Source of the DNA: the human T2T-CHM13v2.0 reference genome, Homo sapiens
Strand: one strand, 5' to 3'
Assembly: GCF_009914755.1 (NCBI RefSeq)
Contig: NC_060936.1
Length of the DNA: 64,000 bases
In this document: piece by piece, positions 28,730 to 44,762 of the stretch
Layout of the letters: the number at the start of each line of letters is the position of its first letter
How positions within the stretch are numbered: the stretch's first letter is position 1
Position numbers and translations under genes: made by a program
Notes under the pieces: generated by a model
Seen by the model: only the letters and a program-made list of their open reading frames with translations
Told to the model about the DNA's origin: nothing
Database searches by the model: none

Positions 28730-29639
28730 GACTACTAACAATAAAATCATAAGTCCCCCAACTGACTGAATGGATTCCCTCCGGACCAAAGGTACTCCAG
28801 AGAAACCTTAAAACCTGAATTCCCAGCCATAACAGGATAGAAGGTCAGATATGCCTCATTATATCCCTCCCTTTAGCAGTGTAGGCACAACACCTGACCA
28901 TCATTAATGTTAAAATAGAAATCATAAGACTGATGGAAAAGATTCTTTTTGGCAATAAGACACCAAATTATATACAGGATCTAAGGCCATGCCAGTTAAG
29001 AGTGAAGTCATGCAACCCTACACATAAAGAATAAACTATGCTTTAATGGCCACTAGGTTTTTCTTTTTTCCTAGTAGCTAAATAAGCATTGGCCTCAAGA
29101 TGAGGAATATTAAGACAATTGCAGCTCATCCATTGCCGAAGTTTGACTAACTGACCCCCACCCTGTTCCATGAGCCATGACTACATCTTTGATCAGACAA
29201 GAGACTGATTTCAGTAACTTTCTCCTGATAAGAGACTACCAACCATGAACTGGTTCTGGGCAGTTTACAGAGGCCACACACGCTGAGTGTCTTTGTGTCC
29301 CTGCTTCACCTTTTTATGTATACAGTCTAACTGTAATAAATTTAAATGTTAAGTCTCCACCCCAAAGTGAACATAAGACATATGTAACCTACAGGTTTGT
29401 TTAGTACACATGCATTAGGACCCCCGTCATGAATACTTATAGCTCCTCCTGTAACCTGTTGAATATGTACACTTAGCCAACTGTTTCCTGTCTCCTCCTT
29501 TCCTCCTTGGAAGTGCCTGCTATGTCTCTGCTGGAGGCTGTGCTGTGTAAGGATAGCCACCCTGCAAGTTGCAACCTTTTATAAAAAACAAAGCTCTTCT
29601 TTTCTAAATTTATAAGTTGTGTGATTTTTTCAGTTGACA
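28730..29639 (+). mobile_element. MER4-family (MER4D-like) ERV1 solo LTR
   Basis: aataaaatcataagtcccccaactgactgaatgga..cattaatgttaaaataga..gagactgatttcagtaactttctcctgataagagactacc..tttttcagttgaca. Confidence 0.85.
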
Positions 29640-30389
29640 TAGCAAAGCCAATGTCAAATGCCTTGTGTTGTAGCTTAAGAACTACAAAGTGAACCAACAA
29701 TTTAAACTTCCACTTGTTGAGGCGCAAAAAAAGAGGAAATTTAGAAAATGGAAAATTTGTTTTCTTATTAAAGTATTATACATCTGGTTATTAAATAATG
29801 CTGTTGATCTTTCTATTGTGTTTTTCATATCTGAAAATCAAAGTAAGGAGCATTCTATCAACGTCATAAAAGGTAGAAATAAATAAGAATATCAATTAGT
29901 TGACAGTACTCTTCATCAAAAATAGTCCATATTTTTGTGAAAATCAAGGACTTTGAATGAAAGATGCAGTAAGATTCTTCTATTCTGAAGAAATTCCACT
30001 AAATAGAAAATTGAAAAGAAGGAGGAAGGGAGAGAAGGAAGCAAGGGAAGGAGAGAAGGAAGGAAGGGAAGAAAGGAGTGAGGAAGGCAATCGACTGACC
30101 ATGCAGAGTTGTTGCCAAGGAATCGTCTATCACCAAGTCATATCACTTTGCTTCATGAATATTATGAATATTCCTGAATCCCTCCTCTTCTTTCTATACC
30201 CACTGCTGTTGTTCTGGATCTCAGTGTTGCACCTCTCTCTCTCTTTCTCTCTCACTCTCCTTTCTTACTGCAACAACTTTCAGAGAAATCTTCTAAAATA
30301 TTAAACTATTGGTCTCACTTCTCTATTTAAAGCACCCCACTGACTCACCCCTGCTTGTTAAACAGTGTGGCTCACAAGACTTATTTCAG

Positions 30390-34290
<3,901 letters not shown>

Positions 34291-36868
34291 GAGACTTTTT
34301 TAGGGCCTCTTTACTTCCAGACTTAGCTTTCTATGATCCAGCCACTCTTCATTTATTGTAATCCCTCAGAAGCCTCATGCTCTTTTTTCCCTGGGGCTTC
34401 TGGTTAAGACATTCTGCTCTAGATACCTCTTCCCTTCTAGAAGCTAACTTTTATCTCTTCTTAAAGTCTCAGCTTAGTGACGCTGACTCCCAGAAGCCTT
34501 TCCTGTTCTCCACATCTTGGATAAGCATCCACTTCTCTGCTCCCTTGGCACCCTTATCACCATTGTTGCAAGCCATTTTGTCATTGCCCATATTTCCTGC
34601 CCTCAAGTACATCCTTGAAGGCAGGATCTCTGACTGTCCTCAGCATCTGGCACAGCACCTGGGACATAGCAGGCCCTTCATATATACTGAATGACCACAT
34701 CAATTATTTCAGATCACAGAAAAGCTTGAAAATTAATTTGTCCAGAACTATCTCATTTCTGGAATTTTCCTTTATTAATGATTCTGCTATGGTTTGCACA
34801 GTCCTTCACCTTTTCCTTCCTTGCGTTCCCCTTGAGCTCCATTGTTCTCATTGTTGACTAGGACAAACGTAATCATTTTCTCAATCAAGCGCAATATTAC
34901 TGTCCACCAAAATTGAGTAACTAAGGAACTTTGCAAGTCTCCTTGCATACCCCTAGGGTTGGAATGTGTTTTTTTTCCATCATGGTACCCCTGGGAACTC
35001 TGCGTACCAAGGAGGAAACCATGACTTTGTAGCTGGGAGAAGAGTGAGAGAGTCTTTCACACTAACCAATTCCACGGGTTCCCACATTGAAGGAAACAAG
35101 AATGGTGGAAAAGAATAAAGGGAAAGAAAACAGAACAGAGGGCACCAGATATTATGTCTCATGTTTTATAGAGGAGGTTGTTGTTATGAGCTATTCTCAT
35201 TATGAAAACCACCAAATCTTTTCTTTCTCTGGCTCTTTATTGTGCATTCGGAGATCCCTTAGGCTATTTCATCAAGTATCCATGAATAAAAAGCCCCCAC
35301 AAGACAGACACAAAAGGAAAGAAGGGCTGGCTTAATGCTGCAATTCTCCCTAGAAGGAAGAGGGTTTGTAATCAGCCTTGGCAGGGCCTAACTGTGCAGT
35401 AGCCCCAGTGTGGGTGCATCTGCCCCCGCATCATAAATTAGGAAAGCCACATTGGCCTGATAACTGTGAGGTTATGTACAGCTCTTGTTGTATGATATGC
35501 TCTCAGGTCTACCGTTAGGCCTTGCTGTGCTCCCAGAAGATGCCTCAGGTGAGGTGACAGAGACTTACTAAGGCTCCTGCTATGTCTTAGGCACAAGCAA
35601 AGGCCGTATGTTTACCTGCTGAGGGCATTTTGTTCATACACAGTACATTTGTTCGGATGCACATCTGTCTTTTTCATATTCCATATATGCATGTTTACTG
35701 TCTCATATAATTCACAAACTTAAAGATGTCCTAACTTAGAGAAAACAGACTATTTCAAATACAGGTCCATACAACTGTAAGTAAAATGTGAAGTAAACTG
35801 ACAACATTCCTAATTAGAATTCATTACTGCTTTTTAAAAAAATGCATTAATTTTAGGTCTGGAGTTCAAAATCTGCCTCACAATGCCAAGGTTTACTACA
35901 ACTATGCCAATTTCCTGAAGACCCAGGTCAGAACAAGGAAGGAACCTACCGCTATAGAACGGCCCTCACATAAACCATACAGGAAGGGTACTGGCCACTG
36001 TACTTTGAAGATACTTATTTCACTCATCCCATCCCAATATATGGGGAGTTTGTTTGTTTCTCTTGACAGTGAACTGATCCTTGGAGGTGGTGTAGCTCTT
36101 GGACTGTGAGTCTTTTAGCTCAATATTCAAGTCTGGTATTAATTCAATAACTCTACTTTGCATCTAACTCTTGGTGTTTCCTGGAAAATTTTCCAGTGCT
36201 ACACATTATGCAGTGAAGTGACACTCAGTTGAGTATATATATGCAGGAAGACAGAAATTGGTTGCTAAAAATATAGTGGTAAGTTCTCAGGGCATGTATT
36301 CCAGTGAATTATTAATAGAGTGTATGGGAAAATCTTGGCCTGCCACTGCATGAGGAAGATTTCTATGGAAACATTTAAAGCAATGAAGATGCCTTTACAT
36401 GTGTGTTAAATTAGGAGTAAAATGAGAAGGCACTTCATGGCCAGGTTTTGACTTTAAGGCTTTTGAAAACATGTATGTAATTATACTTTTCCAAGGTAAA
36501 AAGCTCTGATGTACTCCTCATAGCCATCATGGGATGCAGCATATCAAACATGCTTATAGTTGTGGCTGTATTTCATTCTTAAGAAAAGCCCATAGCTGTG
36601 GTACTCTCAGAGACTCTTTTCATATCTCCATGCAGAGTTTTCATGGTGGCTATCTCTCAAGATTCCAGATAAGAAATATATTTGACCTTTAACACATGGA
36701 GACTTGATGAATAAAATACATGAGAGTACAATAAAGCGAGGTGAGTTCTCTCCTCTATTGAATACACTAAGAGAAGTCCTTTTGACAGGATTCTGTACCC
36801 CACCAATGGGCCCATATTTAGTTGACTTCTCTAATACAATTCCACTTTTGTAAATGCTTAAAACATAT

Positions 36869-37219
36869 TGACATGGTTTGTCTCTGTGTCCCCACCCAAA
36901 TCTCATCTTGATTGTAATCCCCTAATCATCACGTGTTGAGGGAGGTACCAGGTGGGAAGTACTAGATCATGGGGGTAGTTTCTCCCATGCTGTTTTCGTG
37001 ATAGTGAGTGAGTTCTCACAAAATCTGGCAGTTTACCCTGCTCTTGCTCACTCTTGCCTGCCACCATTTAAGACATGCCTCTTCCCCTTCCACCATGATT
37101 GTAAGTTTCCTGAGGCCTCCTTAGCCATGCGGGACTGTGAGTCAATTAAACCTTTTTTCTTTATAAATTACCCAGTCTTGGGTAGTATCTTTAGAGCAGT
37201 GTGAGAATGAACTAATACA
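36869..37219 (+). mobile_element. THE1 (THE1C/D-like) MaLR solo LTR
   Basis: tgacatggtttgtctctgtgtccccacccaaatctcatcttga...gtgagtcaattaaacc...gaactaataca; TSD catat/cacat. Confidence 0.93.
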
Positions 37220-37576
37220 CACATATACACATATACCAGTAGGTATGGGTAACTGAATAATATATTTCACTTAGGATATTGAGAGTCTGTTTTCTAAAAT
37301 TCCTACCAAGATGTTCTTAAAGCTTTGTTTTAAAAATCATCATTCACCAGAATGCTTTTTGGGTTTTGCTTCTATACTATCTTTTGGAATAGTATTCTGT
37401 GCCAGCATATTATTCATGAATTACTTAACATACACCAGGGCCCAAACTTAAAACAGTACCCAAAAAGTTAGCCACCAGAAACATTCTCCAGATCACAAGA
37501 AATGGAAGTTCCCCATGGAAAGTAAGAATAAACCTTCATGTTTTAATTGAGGAGTGGGAAATATACTTAAAGCATT

Positions 37577-37677
37577 AAGTATATTTAGAAAGAACAATCA
37601 TGTTCTTTCTCTGGGAAAGTATATTCTTCCTCTGGGAAAGTATATTAAGAAAGAACAGTCATATTCTTTCTCTGGGA
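37577..37677. repeat. Short tandem triplication (40 + 21 + 40 nt) with internal hairpin
   Basis: aagtatatt...ctctggga units at 37577, 37617, 37638. Confidence 0.9.
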
Positions 37678-38033
37678 AGCAGTTTACCAAAAGATTACAA
37701 CTCTATTTTAAATTGATGAGATGCTGTTGAATTTTACATTTTTAAATGCTATACTTTAGCAATAAGAAAATATCATTTTAAACTTTAAGGGCACAGATCA
37801 GGTATATTTTTACTTTAACAATGAAGTAACATTTAACACTGCATTATTGTGTGGAGAAAATGAATACTAAGTTTACCTGAAAAAATTGTATGAAAAGAAA
37901 TGTTTTAGTATTTTATTTTTCATTCTTAAAGTGTACTTGCTGTCATCTTTAAATGGGTAAAGTGAGGCAGGCTTTAAGACACTTGGAATAGTGGGTATGA
38001 TTCACTGGTAGCTGTTTTAAAAGAATCATTGTA

Positions 38034-38326
38034 GGCCAGGCATGATGACTTACACCTGTAATCCCAGCACTTTGGGAGGCTGAGGTGGGCAGATCACCTG
38101 AGGTCAGGAGTTCAAGACCAGTCTTACCAACATGGTGAAACCCCATCTCTACTAAAAATGCAAAAATTAGCTGGGCATGGTGGCACACACCTGTAGTCCC
38201 AGCTACTCAGGAAGATAAGGCAGGAGAATCGCTTGAACCCAGTAGGGGGAGGTTGCAGTAAGTAGAGATCACGTCACTGCACCCCAGCCTGGGTGGCAAA
38301 GCGAGATTCCATCTCAAAAAAATAAA
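38034..38326 (+). mobile_element. AluS
   Basis: Full Alu; degenerate TSD aaaagaatcattgta / aaaataattattgca. Confidence 0.95.
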
Positions 38327-39200
38327 AAAATAATTATTGCAGTTAGATAATTTGAGGTATCACCAGTGAAAGCATAAAAATATATGTTGCTGCATTAATT
38401 CTGCTTTTGTAAAATGTATGTCTCTTGAGAAATGAAAAACAAAAAAAATAAAGCTACAAATATATCATACAGTGATTGGTGAAATATTCTGTGCTCTCAG
38501 TCCAGACTCAAAACTCTGTCTGGTTTGAGAGCATCCTCCTTATAGTGTGCAGTCCCCTGCTATGACTGTTCAATGGATGTTGGTGTCTTTTAAAATAAAT
38601 TTTCACTTTTTATCATCATTAGAGAGAAAGGAAAAGATACTGTGACTGTTCATCATTTTGGTGATTGTTAATCTAGATGACCAGAAGATTGCTCATTTTA
38701 TTTTGATATTGCTAATTTCCTATGAAATTGGCTGACAGAGGAAGTCTTTCCCCTTCTAAGTGTCTCCCTTCCCATTTCAGTGAATCTAATTTTCTCCATA
38801 TTTGCAGACAGCAAGAAGGAGAATAATGGGGAAATACAAAGTTAAAGGATCTAAAAATCAGTTCCAACAATCATCTACTACAGCTATCAGTGATTGTACA
38901 GATTCCCAAAGCAGTAGTGAAGTTAATCATTCAAATTGTATTTATTGCCAGCCAATCATTTTTTTTTTTTTGGCTGGCTTATATTTCTCAAACTAGCTCA
39001 TAGTAAACTGGTAATTATATACAACATGACTCTATTGTTTCTTTTACATTTTTATTTTATTTTTACAATCTTGCAGAATTGCCTCTGCACCTTCCCTTTA
39101 GCCATAGCCAATTTAAGTATTTTTGTATAGTGTGAGAAACCTCCCCTGGAAAAGTGCTGCATTATTAAGTTACAGATTCAGTTAAAACCCTAAATCATTT

Positions 39201-39258
39201 AAAAAAAAGAAAGAAAAGAAAAAGAAAGAAAGAAACAAACAAACAAAGAAAGAAAGAA
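39201..39258. repeat. (GAAA)n/(CAAA)n simple repeat
   Basis: Directly visible. Confidence 0.9.
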
Positions 39259-42200
39259 TGCTTAACTTAAATTTTCAACAAATATGAATGTTAGCTTTGC
39301 TTTGCTTTGCTTTGCTGTGAGAGCAGCTTTCATGCTTATACCTATTCTGGGTCCTATAAAGCTTGGGATCATATATGATGGAAAATCAGAAAACCACTGG
39401 TAGATCTGCGATATGCTTCCAAAGCTTTCTGACCATTGAGTTATTTCAGGAAAGGTTTCTGCCATTCAACTCCACTTAATGGGAGTAGAGAGTTCAAAGA
39501 CCACCCAATATCTCAGTTCTTCCAACACAGAACTCTTACAAAAGACCTTTGCTAATATATTAACCCACAGTGACCCTGCCTGTGGGTCAGAAGATGCCCC
39601 TTGGAGAACTTCTGATTGGCCAATAGTTTGGTTAATTAATTTTAAAAGTTAAGGTGGATAAAGCAGACAATATATAACTCTGAACACTGTTTTAGCCTAA
39701 AACATACAAATGTACTTCCATTCAACCACATTTTAAAGTTGAGCAAAGGCTTTTCAATAAGAACCCATCAGTTAAAAAACCAAATCACCATTTTCACATA
39801 AACTATATCCAAAATGCATCATCTACGACTACTATCAGTTTGGACAACTTCAAAGTAGAACAAAAATTTAAAGATTCTTGCAAAGTAAGTTGAGTAGAAA
39901 ATCTATGAATTTCATGATTTTTTTCCTCCAGTCTTTTACATCATCTCCACACCTAATTGAACAGCAGTTTTCTATTTCTTGGCAACTTCACTTTTTTAGC
40001 TTTTGTAAAATATTTCCTTGGTTTTCACCGAAATGACAACTCTTGTCACACTCAGATTGTATCTGTTTAGAGGATATTTTACTGAATTATACGATTATGA
40101 TTTTTAAAATACAACTGAAATAAACAGGAATAAATACAACTGACTACTGGCAATCAAACAACTCAATCAGTGGAAACAGGTACACAGGCTTACAAAAGAG
40201 CAGTGCACTCCTGAAGTGTGGATGCGGGCATAACTCAGTAAATTTCACAGAAGGATTGGAGACTCTCTAGTAATCTGGTGACTTTTTAATAGGACGTTAT
40301 TTAAAAGAGAAAATATATCAACTCTAGGTAAATTAGTAAAAACTATGGTTTCTACTATTGTTCAGACTCATTAGATGACAATTTTTGGTTATTTTCTGCT
40401 GGGCATCAAGAATCCTGCATCTGGGAATACAGAATAAGGCTGCCCAATGTGTCAGGCTGGTCTCTCCAGTATCACCAGAATATGACCCCATGTTCCACTG
40501 AACATTTGTTCACCTAGATGTCCTTCCTACCACTTCATCTCATAACGCCCTGCTGCACCCAGTACTGCAAGATTCGCTGATGTGCCTCAGGTGTTTGGAT
40601 ATCAGCCACACGGCAGGATTTAATCCTGATAAAAGGGCTGAGATCCTCAGTCACCCAGACAGTTATTTTCCTCTTCACACACACCGTTTCAGCATGAAAT
40701 ATACAGTAAATCAACTAAAGTTGATTTTCTCCCCCCGTATTGCAATCAAATGGAAGATGTATTACACTGCTCCTTGGAAGACTCAAGTGCGCCTAAGCAT
40801 TCGTGAGACCTTTAGAATGGCCTTATATGTTCCTAATATGTCTGTTACTGATGTCTTAAACAGAAAATATGAAGGAAAAGAAAACTGCTGAAACAGGATT
40901 GAAGTTCCTGATCGTGTTGTTTTCTGTTGGTGTATCTAAAATGTAAGGAGCATACATTTCATGATTCTGTATAAATGAAACCCTATCCCACTCTTTAATT
41001 TGCTAAAACATGGTAAAGTAAGGGGCTGACAATGTTTTGTTGAAAGTTATTTAATTCATAAAGTAGACATTTCTTATAATAATGCTTGTTGGTACAGTAC
41101 TTAATCATCCTGCTTGTGTGGACAACCAGAATTTATCAAGAAAATTCTATAAGACTTGGATATATATTTTTTCAATAAGAAAAAAATATTTATTTTAGAA
41201 AGAAATAAATGTGTGAACATTAATGAAATATCATATATTAGAGCTATAACGGTATATGACAAAAGCTCACTGCAGCTGCCAATTAACCTACCTTTTAATG
41301 ATATCCTAAGTTCCTTCAGTACAATTATTGTATCAAATTTCCTATGAATGCTCAACAAAACGTGCAGTTTGAACATTGTAAAAACTAGAAACCGTTGAAT
41401 CAGGAAAAAACACCACTTATTTATGTAGCTTATTTTGGACAAACTTTTAAAATAACTTTCATAACTACAGATGGCCTTAGATGCCAGCTGCCATGTGCTT
41501 CTGGAAGGAATTAAAATTCCAACACCACTTGTTGCCCGGGTGTGACACATGGTGACGGCGCCTCAGCTGGAGTGGTGTTATCACTGTATTGGTCCTCACA
41601 TTTAGAGCTCTGGACATCCTTTATGATATCTCATGTGAAATTCTGGCATTATTTTTGTGTCTTCTGTTGATGAAATTACATTCTCACTATACATGTTGTG
41701 TTAAGTCTGGCAGTTTTGTTCACCAAATCCAAGAAGCAGTGTTTTACGTAAAATATAAACGAGAATCTTTTTAGTCTTATAGTGGTCACGTGTAGGTATA
41801 CTTTAAAATCATAGCACTATAATTTTTATTCGAAGACTTTTTTCCTTCATACCATTCTTGCACACCAAAAACTAGCTTAACAGGCGATCTATTCTGAGTC
41901 AATGAGGCAATTTTGACAGGATGTTGTTTAGATTCTCCATTTAAATGGAATCGGTAGTGGCAGCTACCTCACAGAGTTCTTGTGAGAATTCCTGTGAAGT
42001 GCTTAGCAAGGTGCCCTGGCCGGCTGCTGAGCACTGCATCAGCAGTTACTGCACTCAGAGTCTGACCGCTGCCTTCACTGCTTCACTCCTCCTTCTCCCC
42101 AGGAGCCGCCATTTTCCCAGCCCTGCCACAGCCACAACTTCCGCTCCTCCTCCTGCCTCCACCACCAAGGCACCCTGGGGGATTCATGGATCCCTGGTTC

Positions 42201-42429
42201 AAATTACTCTTCCATTAATAGAGTCCTGCACCGGCCCTACCTCATCCGGAGTGGAAGCCCTGACTGTCTGCCTTGCCATGGCCATTCCCTCTCTGTCCCC
42301 ATTTCCTGCTGCTCCCTCTGTGGTTCCTCAGCTCCAGCCACAGTGGGCGATTTGAGGCCCCTGGGACGCACACCACAGGCACGGCCCTGCGTCTGGGCTT
42401 CTACACTCGCTGTTCCCACTGCCCAGAGT

Positions 42430-42745
42430 GCTTCTCCCCTAGTGTTTGCATGCCTTACCTCCACACTTCCTCCAAGACATCTGTCACCTTCTTCCTGAGG
42501 CCTTCTCTGACCACCCCACATGAAATCGCAACAGTCCTGCCGCCCCAGCACTTTCTGTCCCTTTGCACTGATCTATATTCTACACAACTCTCATCACCCT
42601 CTAATATACTTGGTGTTATGTAAACTGTGTGCCTCACTCTTCTAGAAGGTAGTCTCCACAAGAGCTTATATCTTTGTTTATATCCCCAGCACATAGGACA
42701 GTATGAAGCACATGGTAGGCCTACAATAAATATTTGTTGAATAAC
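42430..42745 (+). mobile_element. L2 3' fragment (MIR fragment nearby at ~41915-42050)
   Basis: tgtcaccttcttcctgaggccttctctgaccacc..tatccccagcacataggacagt..caataaatatttgttgaat. Confidence 0.75.
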
Positions 42746-44460
42746 TTAAAACTGCATGTACATGCACACTACTGATGCTGCTTTTTAGCATGTGAACTGT
42801 CTGATTAACAAATTTCATTGTCAATCTTTTTGACTCAGGAACCCAAGAACACTTGTCATCCAGGAACACACATCGTGGAAGAAACAGATGAATGCAAGAT
42901 GCCTTGAGTGTTCACTGTTAATTATGAAGAAGTACTAATAGATGATGTTTTGACTGGTGGGAGCAAGTTGAAGGCTGCTGACAGCAATGAAGAAAATTAT
43001 TTTTTTGGAAGATGAGAAAGCCATGGGAGATGGGAAGAGCTGGATGTTTCAGCTTGACATGGGTTCATTAGGCCTGGGGTGACAACTGAGTCAACACTCA
43101 AGAGGTCCTACAGCTCCACAAGCTCCTCTTCATCTCTACAAGTAAGATCCAAGAATCCTAAAACACACTGGTTATTTGAAGGAATGGGCTCAGAGAAGAA
43201 ATAACCATATTTGTTAGTCAGAATGTAGTGGGTGTGGCCATGGGTACTTGTACAAAAATCACCTCAGTGGTTCACTGGCAGCCTAGCAAGATGTGCTACT
43301 GGGTCCACTTTTACAGAGAAATAAACTTGGGCACAGACATAAATCCAAGCCACGTAGCTGGAAAGTGCCATAGTCATAATGGAGCCCAGGGCTGCAATCC
43401 CATTCTGTTTCCACTTCACCAAAGCAGCTTTCCATCCATCCTACCCTCAAAACAAGAATAGCATAAGTTACATTCACAATATTCCATTTACAAGGCAGAG
43501 AAGTATGAGACTGTCTTTTAAAAAGAATTTCATTTGATAAATGTCCTACCTTCTGGTACTTACAGGGTTGATTCTCAACTCTCAGAAGAGTCAACTATTT
43601 AGAGGATTCATTTCCTGCCTCTTCAGCTTTGGTTTTATTTTAAATCTTGTTGGCAAATTAATAGAAGGGAGGTTTTCGGGATCCCCTGTGTGATCCAGAG
43701 CTGAACAGGAGGGGAGTTCAGCTTAGGTTGATTGATCATTACTTCCTGGGGATAAGGGAGGAGCAGGGGAAAGGCTAACATGGTGAAAATACGGTACTGC
43801 ATCCTGAAATTGAGTTTACCTGGGCTATATTTTAGTCACGAAAAATTGAGGTTTTCTGAATGATTTTTTTAAACAGTCATGTTTTTCTCTTTGATTTTTT
43901 TCTCAACAAAAAATAGAAAATAAATATCTGACCTTAAGTATAGATAACCTCCAACAAATAAAAATTGAGAATGAAAATCAGACAAGCAAATCAGGGTGGG
44001 CACACTCAAAGGAAATTGCAAACTAGAGTACATGATGCAATTTTACCTAAACACTGAAATTTCTTACAAATCACTTTGAACAATGACAAACTGATGGCAT
44101 CCATGACTTTTGAACAGATTGTGCAAACTCTGAAGGAAATGCTTGAAATAAAAAATAAATCTAAATTTTAGTTGCATAACTTCTATCAGTTGCTATTCTC
44201 TTTATGGTCTTCTATATGATACTTTTTTTGAGATTCAAGCCTATAGTTCTTTGGTCAAAGATAGAGCTTAAAAATAGTAGAGCCAAAAGCACTACTACTA
44301 CATAATTTTTATATTAACACCTGGTAAGCCAAGTTTATTTACTGAGTGTTATTGATTCTAAAGAGGTTTTCTATTATGTAATAGTTTTCACAGACGTAAT
44401 TTTCACTTTTTGTGATAGGCAGCACATTTTTCCAGTTAAATAAGAAATCTAATTAGTTGA

Positions 44461-44762
<302 letters not shown>

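Noticed and set aside
41945-42694. Overlapping 80-136 aa ORFs in a GC-richer patch
   Set aside because: Overlap MIR and L2 remnants and low-complexity C/T-rich DNA; no recognisable domain or splice structure
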